Shown in pieces: positions 39,227-52,272 of a DNA stretch of 64,000 nt. Under the pieces are notes generated by a model. It made no database searches. It saw nothing but the letters and a program-made list of their open reading frames with translations, and was not told the DNA's origin. A program made the translations under genes and the position numbers. The stretch covers positions 210,506 to 274,505 of the forward strand of contig CACKPV010000002.1 in assembly GCA_902602185.1 (NCBI GenBank), given 5' to 3'. This stretch comes from an uncultured SAR86 cluster bacterium (lineage in GTDB: Bacteria > Pseudomonadota > Gammaproteobacteria > Magnimaribacterales > D2472). How positions within the stretch are numbered: the first letter of the stretch is position 1; the number at the start of each line of letters is the position of its first letter.

Positions 39227-41054
39227 TTTTTATTTTTGCTTTTCTATAGTTGGTTTTTTCGTATTTCAATATTTCCAATGAAATTGTTGATATTGTTGCG
39301 GGGGTTATGCCCTCAAGGCGGGCAGCATCTCCTAATGTTTCAGGTTTAGCTTGGTTAAGTTTTTCTGTTGCCTCGTTAGAAAGCCCTATAATTTTTTCAT
39401 ATTTCAAGCTGTTTGGAATCGGTTTTTTGTGGTTTTTTTTGTCTTTTTCTATTTGTGCTTGTTGCCGCTTAATATACCCTTCATATTTTTTTTGATTTGC
39501 AAACCTTTCGAAGTTGGTTTGGTCTGTGCTGCCAAGTTGTGTCAACAGATCTTGTTTATTAATTTGCGGGTTTTTTAGAGCTTCTTGAAGTTGTTTTGTT
39601 TGGTTGCCTATTTTTACTTTGCGTTTATGGTTTTCTTGGACAAATATTTCATATGCTAGCTCTTTTGATTTAAAACTCTCTAAATGTTTGTTATCGACAA
39701 ACCCTTTTTCATATAGAATCTTGGTCAGCCTTTGCTCGGCATTGTCTTGAGAAAGCATAAGTCGGTGCTCTGCTCTTGATGTAAACATTCTATAAGGTTC
39801 GGTTACACCATGGTTTGTAAGGTCGTCAACTAAAACTCCTATATAGGAGTTGCTTCTTTCAAAAAACACCTTCTCCTCATTTAGAATCTTTTGTGCTGCA
39901 TTGATCCCAGCAACCATACCTTGCGCCGCTGCCTCCTCATAGCCTGTGGTTCCATTTATTTGCCCTGCCAGAAAAAGGTTGTTGATGTTTTTAAGTTCTA
40001 GGGTTTTCCTAAGCGCTCTAGGGTCAACAAAATCATATTCAACAGCATAGCCATAGTTGGTGATCTCACAGTTCTCCAGACCTTTTATTGTTCTTATGAA
40101 CTCATCTTGTACTTTGGTTGGCAAGCTTGATGAAATACCGTTTGGATAAGCAAGGTCTACTGTTAGCCCCTCTGGCTCTATGAATATTTGATGGCTGTCT
40201 TTGTTAGGAAATTTTGCCACTTTGTCCTCTATAGAAGGGCAATATCTAGGTCCAATGCCTTTAATTTTCCCTGAGAACATAGCAGATTTTTGAATGTTTT
40301 TGGCGATGATTTTGTGTGTCTTGGTGTTGGTTCTTGTTATAAAACAACTTATTTGGGGAAGGTGTTTTGCTTTTTCTCTCAAGGACATTTGTGGGGTGGG
40401 GGTTTCTCCTGGTTGCTCTTCCATTGTTGAAAGGTCAATTGTTGACGTTTTAATTCGAGCCGGTGTCCCTGTTTTCAACCTCCCCATAGGTAGTTTGAAG
40501 CTCGATAGTCGTTTTGCTAATTTTTTTGATGCTTCTTCTGTGTGTCTACCCCCCTCAACTTGTTTGTCTCCATAAAACATAATCCCATTTAAAAAAGTCC
40601 CAGTTGTGAGAATTACGGTTTTTGCAGAATAGCTCCTCTTTATACCTTCAACCCCAAACACCGTTTGGTTTTCGATTAAAAGATCTACTACTTCATCTTC
40701 AAAGATTTCAATACTTGTCCTTTGAAGTATTTTCTGGATTGATTCAGCAAACTTTTGTCTATCACATTGAGTTCTTAGCGATTGGACGGAGGCACCTTTT
40801 CTTGAGTTTAATGTTCTGTACTGAATACCTGAAAGGTCAGTTGCTTCGGCAATTATACCCCCGCAGGCATCAATCTCTCTAACTAGATGAGTTTTTCCTA
40901 AACCACCTATTGCTGGGTTGCAAGACATCTGACCTACTTTAGATTTGTCAAGTGTTATCATTGCTGCCCTCAACCCTTTCCTGTGCAAAGCGTGCGCAGC
41001 CTCATACCCGGCATGCCCACCACCTACGACAACAGCATCAAACTCAAAAATCAT
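39216..41054 (-). CDS. mnmG: tRNA uridine-5-carboxymethylaminomethyl modification enzyme MnmG (GidA)
   Basis: Start set at ATG 41054 (MIFEFDAVVVGGGHAGYEAA, FAD motif). The upstream 87 codons of the track ORF cross the intergenic region and overlap mnmE. Confidence 0.93.
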   Translation of the reverse strand: MIFEFDAVVVGGGHAGYEAAHALHRKGLRAAMITLDKSKVGQMSCNPAIGGLGKTHLVREIDACGGIIAEATDLSGIQYRTLNSRKGASVQSLRTQCDRQKFAESIQKILQRTSIEIFEDEVVDLLIENQTVFGVEGIKRSYSAKTVILTTGTFLNGIMFYGDKQVEGGRHTEEASKKLAKRLSSFKLPMGRLKTGTPARIKTSTIDLSTMEEQPGETPTPQMSLREKAKHLPQISCFITRTNTKTHKIIAKNIQKSAMFSGKIKGIGPRYCPSIEDKVAKFPNKDSHQIFIEPEGLTVDLAYPNGISSSLPTKVQDEFIRTIKGLENCEITNYGYAVEYDFVDPRALRKTLELKNINNLFLAGQINGTTGYEEAAAQGMVAGINAAQKILNEEKVFFERSNSYIGVLVDDLTNHGVTEPYRMFTSRAEHRLMLSQDNAEQRLTKILYEKGFVDNKHLESFKSKELAYEIFVQENHKRKVKIGNQTKQLQEALKNPQINKQDLLTQLGSTDQTNFERFANQKKYEGYIKRQQAQIEKDKKNHKKPIPNSLKYEKIIGLSNEATEKLNQAKPETLGDAARLEGITPATISTISLEILKYEKTNYRKAKIKNES

Positions 41055-41057
41055 TTG

Positions 41058-41103
41058 TTTATATAATAATATAAATATATATATATTTATTGTTATTGTT
41101 ATT
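41058..41103. promoter_or_regulatory. AT-only tract, candidate DNA-unwinding element
   Basis: 34 consecutive A/T bases (41058-41091), including (AT) repeats, then GTTATTGTTATT. Confidence 0.3.
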
Positions 41104-41117
41104 AGGCTTGTTTTTTC

Positions 41118-41126
41118 TGTGGGTAA
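41118..41126 (-). promoter_or_regulatory. DnaA-box-like TGTGGGTAA (TTACCCACA, 1 mismatch)
   Basis: Part of the 14-nt repeat TTTTCTGTGGRTAA; the second copy lies exactly 100 bp away. Confidence 0.4.
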
Positions 41127-41217
41127 CCCCCTAAAGACCAAAGCCACCAAAAACTTTATGGCAAAATAAACTTGCGTATAAGCAATGTAAACAACCCGCA
41201 AAAAAATCTTAATTTTC

Positions 41218-41226
41218 TGTGGATAA
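41218..41226 (-). promoter_or_regulatory. Consensus DnaA box (TTATCCACA on minus strand)
   Basis: Plus strand reads TGTGGATAA, in the mnmE-mnmG intergenic region. Confidence 0.55.
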
Positions 41227-41271
41227 AAAGAGATGGAAAAATTTATAAACAAACTCTCTACAGGATGATAA

Positions 41272-42606
41272 CTACTTACCAATACAAAATGTGGAGAAAA
41301 TGTCACCCAGGACATCGTCGGGCAACTTCTTCCCTACAACCTCATCCAAGCTTGATCTACACAAACGAAGGTCTTCAGCAACAATATCTACAACCTCAGA
41401 AAATTCATCATTTTCCAGTTTGCCAATAGCATTTTTTAAATGTTCAACACAACTCTCGAACAAAAAAGAACATCTTTTTCTAACCAGGAAAGATTGGTTT
41501 TTATCTAAGGGTTGATCTGAAGCTAAATCTGCAAGAGCATTTCTTAGTTTGGAGAAATTTTCACCAGTAAGAGCTGAAACGTAGTGTCCAGGGAAGCTTT
41601 TGGGTTTTTCCAAGTCCGACTTGTTTAAAACAACATGTATATTTTCAACTCCACAAGAAACAACAGTTTCCCGCAAGTTATCCAACTCCCCCAACGTTTT
41701 ATGGTCAACAACAATCACAACCCCATCAGCTTCCTTAAGCTCCTTTTTAGCAAAAGAAATTCCACTGGACTCGATGTCATCTTTAGTAATTCGTAAACCT
41801 GCAGTATCAATCAAATCAAACGAAAAACCCCCTGACAAAAAACCAGAAGTGATGAAATCTCTCGTTGTTCCGGGAACACCACTTACAATAGATCTTTCAA
41901 AACCCAACAACCTGTTAAATATTGAAGATTTCCCAACATTTGGTGGCCCCACTATAACAACTTTCTTCCTCGAAAAAACTTCTTCACGAAAAGCAAAACC
42001 CCCAAAGAAAGCAACAAGATCATCTAATAATAAACTAAGCTCGGGCAACACAGCCGACAAATGAGATTCAAAATCTTCATCTTCATCAGAAAAATCAATT
42101 GCCCCCTCAACCAAAACCCTTAGGCTGTCAATTCGTTCTGACAGAGAGTTAATTTGTGACTCAAAACGCCCTGAAAACACACCAGATATAGCCGCAGCTT
42201 CGTTGCTTGATCCAGACCTTATTAAATCGTTTATGGATTCAGCCTCAACCAGGCTAATTTTATTATTTTTAAAAGCCCGCAAGGAAAACTCACCTGGACC
42301 AGCCTCTGTGAAACCACAACCTTCGAAGACAGAAACAATTTTGGACATGATTGGTAGACTTCCATGAGCATAAACCTCGAAAGAATCTTCACCGGTAAAG
42401 CTCGAAGGCGACTCAAAAAAAACAAGACCAACAGTATCAACGAAAGACCCCTGCCAAACAAGACTCCGTTTGTAGAAGACCCTAGCCTTATCGACATCAG
42501 AGTCTAAAATTTCATGAAGAGAGGTTAGGCAACCTTGACCGGTTACCCTAAATACACAAATAGGGGATTGGCCAACAGGTGTTGCAAGCGCAAAAATAGT
42601 GCCCAT
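41272..42606 (-). CDS. mnmE: tRNA modification GTPase MnmE (TrmE)
   Basis: 444 aa. G1 GPPNVGKSS, DTAGLR, C-terminal CIGK. Confidence 0.93.
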   Translation of the reverse strand: MGTIFALATPVGQSPICVFRVTGQGCLTSLHEILDSDVDKARVFYKRSLVWQGSFVDTVGLVFFESPSSFTGEDSFEVYAHGSLPIMSKIVSVFEGCGFTEAGPGEFSLRAFKNNKISLVEAESINDLIRSGSSNEAAAISGVFSGRFESQINSLSERIDSLRVLVEGAIDFSDEDEDFESHLSAVLPELSLLLDDLVAFFGGFAFREEVFSRKKVVIVGPPNVGKSSIFNRLLGFERSIVSGVPGTTRDFITSGFLSGGFSFDLIDTAGLRITKDDIESSGISFAKKELKEADGVVIVVDHKTLGELDNLRETVVSCGVENIHVVLNKSDLEKPKSFPGHYVSALTGENFSKLRNALADLASDQPLDKNQSFLVRKRCSFLFESCVEHLKNAIGKLENDEFSEVVDIVAEDLRLCRSSLDEVVGKKLPDDVLGDIFSTFCIGK

Positions 42607-42609
42607 AAG

Positions 42610-44124
42610 CTAGTTTTTTAAACCACCAACCTCTCTATATAAAAGAGTTTGTTGTATTAATTGAATTCCAGAGTTTGCAACACTGTAAAGAACTAAACCA
42701 GAAGGGAAAAAAATAAAAATTATCGATATGCCCACAGGCATGAACTTCATTACCATCATTTGTGTTGGGTCTGCATTAGGGGGAGTTGGATTTAGTTTTG
42801 TCGTTAAAAACATGAGTAAGGCCATGACCAAAGGCAGAACAAAGAAGGGGTCAGGGGCTGATAGATCTGTTAACCAAAAAGCAAAAGGAGCATGTCTTAA
42901 TTCTAAACTCTCCCTGAGGACAAAAAACAAAGCTATAAAAAAAGGAAATGATGCCAGAAGCGGAAAACAACCACCTAAAGGGTTAACCCCTTCTCGCTTA
43001 TAAAGCGCCATCATTTCGGAGGAAAGCTTCTGCCTATCATTTTTATATCTGTCTTGGATGGACTTAAGCTCGGGGGTTATTGCCCGCATTTTTCCCATCG
43101 ACCTAAAACCCATTCCGGTAAGAGGCCAAAACAAAATTTTGATAAGAGCCGTCAGTATTATGATGGAGACCCCCCAGTTTCCAACAAAGCTATTGATAAA
43201 GTTTAAAAGTGAAGAAAGCGGCTGAGCCAAAAACCAAAACCAACCCATATCTATAGCAAGCTCCAGGTCAGGTGCGCGTTTAAGCAGGTCCTCCCTGGTT
43301 TTTGGGCCAACAAAAACCCTATGAGTAAAACTTTCATACTCAAGGTAACCACTTAAAGGGTCAACAGAATAACCAAAACTATACAAACCGTTTTGGTTAG
43401 CTGGCTCTCTTGCAAAATAAGCGTAATAATAATCTTTGCTTCCAATGAGGGCGGCCATAAAATATTTTTGTATTAGCGCAACCCACCCCCCCTGCTCTTT
43501 AAACTCTTGAGAGTCAATCGACCTAAACCTATAGCTGTCGTAAGGGTCATCTTCAGTGTTAAAAGCAACACCTAAAAAAGAACTATTTGAAATAAACCCA
43601 TCATCTCCATCTAGAGCTCTTTCATCTGTTCGGTACATTGCAGCATAAGGCCTGCCAGGCGAGGAATTTTGGTTAACGACATCATCTTTTATGAGCAACT
43701 CATAATCATTAACAATAGAGATTTTCTTTTTGACAAACCCTGAGCTAAGCACAATAAAATCATCACCCTTATTTTCTACTTTGTATTCTTCATTTGTCAG
43801 CCCCGTAAACCCAGTTTTAAGATAAAACTCAAAACCAACAGAAACATCTTTTCCAAAAACTCTCACACCGGTATCAGCACCTTTTGTTAAGGGGTATTTT
43901 TTTAAAGAGGAGGAAACAACATTTCCAGAAGCTGGGTCAACATAAATTTCCAGAGAGTCATTTTGAATAAGCACCGAATTACGAATCAATTCAGAATCTT
44001 TATAGTTAGCACTCACTTTACTTAAAGACTCTTCTTTGCTTTGTTTTTGCTCAGAGGTGTAGGAAAAGAAAAGCAAGTATGCAAATAAAGCAACAAAAAC
44101 CAAATATAAATATCTTGTAGTCAT
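42610..44124 (-). CDS. yidC: Membrane protein insertase YidC
   Basis: 504 aa. N-terminal TM segment, large periplasmic domain, C-terminal 60-kDa insertase core. Confidence 0.92.
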   Translation of the reverse strand: MTTRYLYLVFVALFAYLLFFSYTSEQKQSKEESLSKVSANYKDSELIRNSVLIQNDSLEIYVDPASGNVVSSSLKKYPLTKGADTGVRVFGKDVSVGFEFYLKTGFTGLTNEEYKVENKGDDFIVLSSGFVKKKISIVNDYELLIKDDVVNQNSSPGRPYAAMYRTDERALDGDDGFISNSSFLGVAFNTEDDPYDSYRFRSIDSQEFKEQGGWVALIQKYFMAALIGSKDYYYAYFAREPANQNGLYSFGYSVDPLSGYLEYESFTHRVFVGPKTREDLLKRAPDLELAIDMGWFWFLAQPLSSLLNFINSFVGNWGVSIIILTALIKILFWPLTGMGFRSMGKMRAITPELKSIQDRYKNDRQKLSSEMMALYKREGVNPLGGCFPLLASFPFFIALFFVLRESLELRHAPFAFWLTDLSAPDPFFVLPLVMALLMFLTTKLNPTPPNADPTQMMVMKFMPVGISIIFIFFPSGLVLYSVANSGIQLIQQTLLYREVGGLKN

Positions 44125-44129
44125 ATTGT

Positions 44130-44399
44130 TTAGCTCAACCTTTCTTTTAATAGTAAAATTTCATTATAAACCTCTTTGTGTTTATAAGATAAAAAAGCAC
44201 TTTTTGGGTAAAAATTTATACCAAAACTTTTTTCGATTCCAGCTTTGGAACACCCCTCTTTAATAACTCTTTTGATGCGGTTCCTGTCAACTGCTCGCTT
44301 AAAAATTTTTTTTGAGACCGAAATTTTTATAATTGAACTGTTTGTTAACTTACAACTAAATAATTTTGAATTATAAATGTGTTTGATGTGAGCCACCAA
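44130..44399 (-). CDS. rnpA: RNase P protein component (short, 89 aa, TTG start)
   Basis: RNR motif KRAVDRNRIKRVIKE. No ATG codon in the ORF. TTG directly follows the rpmH TAA in the same frame. Confidence 0.8.
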   Translation of the reverse strand: MVAHIKHIYNSKLFSCKLTNSSIIKISVSKKIFKRAVDRNRIKRVIKEGCSKAGIEKSFGINFYPKSAFLSYKHKEVYNEILLLKERLS

Positions 44400-44534
44400 T
44401 TAAGCTGAGAGTACTTTTCTTCCCTTTCTTCTTCTTCTGGAAATAACTTCCCTTCCAGCTTTTGTGGCCATCCTTGCCCGAAAACCATGCGTTCTTTTTC
44501 TTTTTAAATTGCTGGGTTGATAAGTTCTTTTCAT
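44400..44534 (-). CDS. rpmH: 50S ribosomal protein L34
   Basis: Own translation: [44 protein letters not shown] (44 aa, below the track cutoff). Confidence 0.95.
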   Translation of the reverse strand: MKRTYQPSNLKRKRTHGFRARMATKAGREVISRRRRKGRKVLSA

Positions 44535-44559
44535 GATATTTAGTAAAACGAGAAATGAA

Positions 44560-44568
44560 TTATACATA
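44560..44568 (+). promoter_or_regulatory. DnaA-box-like TTATACATA (1 mismatch to TTATNCACA)
   Basis: rpmH-dnaA intergenic region. Confidence 0.3.
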
Positions 44569-44615
44569 AAAAAGGACTTTATTGAAGAAATAAAACCAAA
44601 AACCTTACTAACAAG

Positions 44616-44624
44616 TTATCCACA
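44616..44624 (+). promoter_or_regulatory. Consensus DnaA box TTATCCACA
   Basis: 70 nt upstream of the dnaA ATG. Confidence 0.6.
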
Positions 44625-44693
44625 AGAAATACTATCACTTATTATGTAGATATCTTGTTGAATTTTGATAGACTGTTTGAATTCGAGTATTAA

Positions 44694-45992
44694 ATGATAA
44701 GCAACTGGGAACAAGTAACAAAAGAACTTTCAAAAAGAATTAATAAAGAAGAGTTTGACACATGGATCAAACCTTTGAGGGGAGATTTGAAAAACAACAA
44801 GCTTGAGCTCAGAGCCCCCAACAACTTCATTTTCAACTATGTAAGGAAAAATTTTGCTGAAGAAATAGAAAAAATCCTTGAAAAAAGCAACATAAGTTTG
44901 AATATTATCAACACCAATAACGAGACATTTGTTGACAAATACGTCATTAAGAAAAAAGCGCACTCCTCTCCTGATACTGGACTTGTTAAAAACTTTATAT
45001 TTGAGAATTTTGTTGAGGGAAAATCAAACCATATTGCACTAGCTGCATCACAACAAGTTGCTCAAAACCCTTCCGGAGACTATAACCCATTATTTATTTA
45101 TGGTGGTGTTGGTCTTGGCAAGACCCATTTAATGCATGCAGTTGGCAATGCAATTTTAAAAAAAGACCATAACAAAAAAGTGGTTTATGTCCATTCAGAA
45201 AAGTTTGTTGCGGACATGGTCAAGGCCATACAGTTAAATGCTATAAATGAATTTAAGAGCTTTTACAGAACTGCAGACGCACTTTTAATTGATGATATTC
45301 AGTTTTTTGCTGGCAAGGAGCAATCACAAGAAGAGTTTTTCCACACCTTTAATGCGCTTTTGGACAGAAACAATCAAATGGTTTTAACTTGTGACAAATA
45401 CCCCAAAGAAATTGATGGTTTAGAGGAAAGACTGAAATCAAGACTTGGTTGGGGGTTGCCTGTGGTGATTGATCCCCCAGAATTAGAAACCAGAGCTGCT
45501 GTGCTTTTAAAAAAGGCATCATTAATGGGCTTGGTTTTGCCTAATGACTGTGCAATTTATATAGCACAGAGAATTCGCTCCAATATAAGGGAGTTAGAGG
45601 GTGCATTAAAAAGGGTTGCTGCAAACTCAAGGTTTACCAACCAAGAAATAGATTTAGCTCTTGTGAAGGATGCGCTTAAAGATTTGTTTGTTATTTCGGC
45701 AAAGATGGTAAGCGTTGAAAACATTCAAAAAACAGTTGCCGAGTATTACAACATAAAACTTTCGGACCTTCTTTCAAAAAGAAGAAGCAGATCTATCACC
45801 AGACCAAGACAACTTGCTATGGCCCTTACCAAAGAGTTGACCAATCACAGTTTGCCGGAAATAGGTGAAAGCTTTAATGGAAGAGATCATACTACCGTTA
45901 TTCATGCATGTAATAAAATTAAAGAATTAAGAGCAGAAAACTCTTCTTTAGAAGAAGATTATAGGAATTTAACAAGAACGCTAACCAATTAA
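44694..45992 (+). CDS. dnaA: Chromosomal replication initiator DnaA
   Basis: 432 aa. Walker [11 protein letters not shown] and C-terminal HTH ..[10 protein letters not shown]. Confidence 0.97.
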   Translation: MISNWEQVTKELSKRINKEEFDTWIKPLRGDLKNNKLELRAPNNFIFNYVRKNFAEEIEKILEKSNISLNIINTNNETFVDKYVIKKKAHSSPDTGLVKNFIFENFVEGKSNHIALAASQQVAQNPSGDYNPLFIYGGVGLGKTHLMHAVGNAILKKDHNKKVVYVHSEKFVADMVKAIQLNAINEFKSFYRTADALLIDDIQFFAGKEQSQEEFFHTFNALLDRNNQMVLTCDKYPKEIDGLEERLKSRLGWGLPVVIDPPELETRAAVLLKKASLMGLVLPNDCAIYIAQRIRSNIRELEGALKRVAANSRFTNQEIDLALVKDALKDLFVISAKMVSVENIQKTVAEYYNIKLSDLLSKRRSRSITRPRQLAMALTKELTNHSLPEIGESFNGRDHTTVIHACNKIKELRAENSSLEEDYRNLTRTLTN

Positions 45993-47164
45993 TGAATTTT
46001 TTAATAAGCAAAGACGAAATGCTTGCGGCCCTTAACAAGTGTATAGGACTTGCAACAAAAGGGGATAGCCCACTTACAGAAAATGTAAAAATTGATGTTG
46101 GAGATGAAGATATTACTTTTACAACATCAGACAGACAGTCCCAAATAATTGCATCATGTCCTTCATCCAAAATAAAAACAAAAGGAGTAACCTGTGTTAA
46201 TGCTAAAAAAGTTAATGAACTTTTTAGACTTTTACCAGATAAAGAAGACATTAATGTTTTTTTAGATGGCAACAAGTTAAAAATTAAAACAACCGGAGGA
46301 AGTTGGGAGCTTTCTAATTTCCCTAGTGAAGATTTTCCAGTTTTTAATGTAAACAATGAGGACACCACACAAGTCTCAATAACCTCGCAAAGTCTGACTG
46401 ATTTGATTTCAAGGACTTTAATATCAATGCCAAGAACGGGCGGCCTTAATACGAAGCTTGTGGACGGGATTTTGTTTGAGTTTTCAAACAATGAGATGTC
46501 TGCCACAACTTACGATGGACATAGAATATCGTCTTCAAAAGAAAAAGCATCTGCGCAAGATGATCAGACTGCCTCTTGTATCGTCCCAAGAAGGGCAGTA
46601 ACCGAAATAAGCAAGATTATTTCAGGGTCTCAAGAGGACATTAAATTTTCAATTGGCAAAAACAACTTAATCTTAAAAACAAAATCTGTTGAACTTAAGT
46701 CAAGCCTTATTCTCAAACCTTTTGTGCCATATCAAACAGCAATCAACCCCTCTGAGTTTTCTCTTTTAAAAGTAAACACTAAAGAATTTTCAGATGCTCT
46801 AAACAGAGCTTCGTTGCTTGCCAACTCTGAGATGAGGGAAGTCATGCTTACTTGCTCTCAAAATAAAATTTACATAGAAAGTTTAAACAGAATGTCAGCT
46901 GAGAAAAGTAGTGAATCAATAGATGCGACCTATGATGGGGAGGAAATACAAGTCATTTTTAATGTGAGATATTTGTTAGATGCGTTATCTGTCATGGGTT
47001 CAGAAATAACTGAAATAATGGTTTTTTTCGAGCTAAATAAAAAAAGTGATTCAGTTAAATATAGGTGGATTTTAAAACATGAGGGCAAAGATCACACAAA
47101 ATTTTTCATAGCCGCAATAGTTCCAGTTGTAACACCTGCAATAGAGTCATCTGAAAGCAGCTAA
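45992..47164 (+). CDS. dnaN: DNA polymerase III beta sliding clamp
   Basis: 390 aa. Position after dnaA; three-domain clamp pattern. Confidence 0.9.
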   Translation: MNFLISKDEMLAALNKCIGLATKGDSPLTENVKIDVGDEDITFTTSDRQSQIIASCPSSKIKTKGVTCVNAKKVNELFRLLPDKEDINVFLDGNKLKIKTTGGSWELSNFPSEDFPVFNVNNEDTTQVSITSQSLTDLISRTLISMPRTGGLNTKLVDGILFEFSNNEMSATTYDGHRISSSKEKASAQDDQTASCIVPRRAVTEISKIISGSQEDIKFSIGKNNLILKTKSVELKSSLILKPFVPYQTAINPSEFSLLKVNTKEFSDALNRASLLANSEMREVMLTCSQNKIYIESLNRMSAEKSSESIDATYDGEEIQVIFNVRYLLDALSVMGSEITEIMVFFELNKKSDSVKYRWILKHEGKDHTKFFIAAIVPVVTPAIESSESS

Positions 47165-47173
47165 CTACTAGAC

Positions 47174-50862
<3,689 letters not shown>

Positions 50863-50870
50863 ATGTCTAA

Positions 50871-52223
50871 TTATGATTTATTTATCTGCTTTATCAGTGT
50901 TTCAATATCAATTCTTTCCTGTTTCATTGTATCTCTATCTCTTTTAGTAAAGCTGTTGTTTTCTAGACTATCAAAATCTATTGTTAAACAAACTGGTGTA
51001 CCTATCTCATCATGTTTTCTGTAACTTTTGCCAATATTACCTGTATTTTCCAGAACTACTCTTCCAATATTTAATCCCTGTATTTTTTTCTTAATTTCTT
51101 TTGCATAACTAACTATTTTTTCATCATTTTTTTTCAAAGGTATTACTGCAACTTTTACAGGGGATAGATGGGGTTTTAATTTGAGCAATGTTCTTGTTTT
51201 TCCGTTCTCTAGTACTTCTTCGTTGTATGCTTCATTAAGTATAGCTAGCATACCCCTCTCAACACCTGCAGAGGGCTCTATCACGTAAGGTATATATGTT
51301 TCGTTTGTCTCATTATCAGTAAAAACAAGTTTTTCATTTGATTCATTGTTTTTGATTACTTTTGCATCAATCTGGTAATCTTCTTGATTTTTAGAGTGAG
51401 ACCCTAAATCAAAATCAGTTCTGTTTGCGATACCCTCCAATTCCTCAACACCATGTGGAAATTCATACATTAAGTCATAGGTTCCTTTTGAATAATGGGA
51501 CAGCTCGTCTTCCGGTACATTAAGAATTTTTATCTTATCTTTGGCAACCCCTTGTTTGCCCCACCACTCTATTCTTTTTTCCAGCCAATATTTGTGCCAT
51601 TCTTCATCATCACCTTTTTTAACAAAGAATTCCAATTCCATTTGTTCAAATTCTCTTACTCTAAAGATGAAATTTCTTGGAGTTATTTCATTTCTAAATG
51701 CTTTACCAATTTGTGCAATACCAAATGGTATTTTCTTAGGATTTGAATTCAAGACATTTTTGAAATTTGTAAAAATTTGTTGTGCGGTTTCAGGTCTTAG
51801 ATATGCATAGTTGTTCTCATCTTCAATAGGGCCAACATTTGTTTTAAACATTAAATTAAACTCACGAGGTTCAGTAAGATTGGATGAACCGCAAAGTGAG
51901 CACTTACTATTTTTAATATGATCAGCTCTCATTCTATTTTTGCAATCTTTACAATCTACAAGTGGGTCAGAAAATGTATCTTCATGACCTGAATGTTTTA
52001 GTACTAATTTATTTGTAAGAATTGAAGCATCGATTCCTTCTACATCATCTCTCTGGTAGACCATTTCACTCCACCAAGCATTTTTCAAATTATTTTTTAA
52101 CTCTACTCCGTAGGGACCAAAGTCATATATTCCTTGGAGGCCACCATAAATTTCATTAGTTCGGTAAATGAAACCTCTTCTTTTACAAAGTGAGACTAGT
52201 TGCTCCATAGATTGTGCTGACAT
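50871..52223 (-). CDS. glyQS: Glycine--tRNA ligase, single-chain alpha2 type
   Basis: 450 aa. RGFIYRTNEIYGGLQGIYDFGPYG N-terminus typical of dimeric class II GlyRS. Confidence 0.9.
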   Translation of the reverse strand: MSAQSMEQLVSLCKRRGFIYRTNEIYGGLQGIYDFGPYGVELKNNLKNAWWSEMVYQRDDVEGIDASILTNKLVLKHSGHEDTFSDPLVDCKDCKNRMRADHIKNSKCSLCGSSNLTEPREFNLMFKTNVGPIEDENNYAYLRPETAQQIFTNFKNVLNSNPKKIPFGIAQIGKAFRNEITPRNFIFRVREFEQMELEFFVKKGDDEEWHKYWLEKRIEWWGKQGVAKDKIKILNVPEDELSHYSKGTYDLMYEFPHGVEELEGIANRTDFDLGSHSKNQEDYQIDAKVIKNNESNEKLVFTDNETNETYIPYVIEPSAGVERGMLAILNEAYNEEVLENGKTRTLLKLKPHLSPVKVAVIPLKKNDEKIVSYAKEIKKKIQGLNIGRVVLENTGNIGKSYRKHDEIGTPVCLTIDFDSLENNSFTKRDRDTMKQERIDIETLIKQINKS

Positions 52224-52272
52224 GATTCCTAGAAAAATTTCTATTATTATAGATTATTCTTGAAATAATATT

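Noticed and set aside
41055-41315. N-terminal 87 codons of the 699-aa track ORF for mnmG, which overlap the mnmE 3' end
   Set aside because: The extension has no MnmG similarity and is hydrophobic, low-complexity sequence read through AT-rich intergenic DNA. The canonical FAD motif begins right after the internal ATG at 41054.
45919-46506. 195-aa minus-strand ORF antisense to dnaN. Similar long shadow ORFs occur at 41600..42064 in mnmE and 9310..9687.
   Set aside because: They lie entirely inside well-supported genes on the opposite strand, have low-complexity Ser/Leu-rich composition and lack start-site signals. These are typical antisense shadow ORFs.
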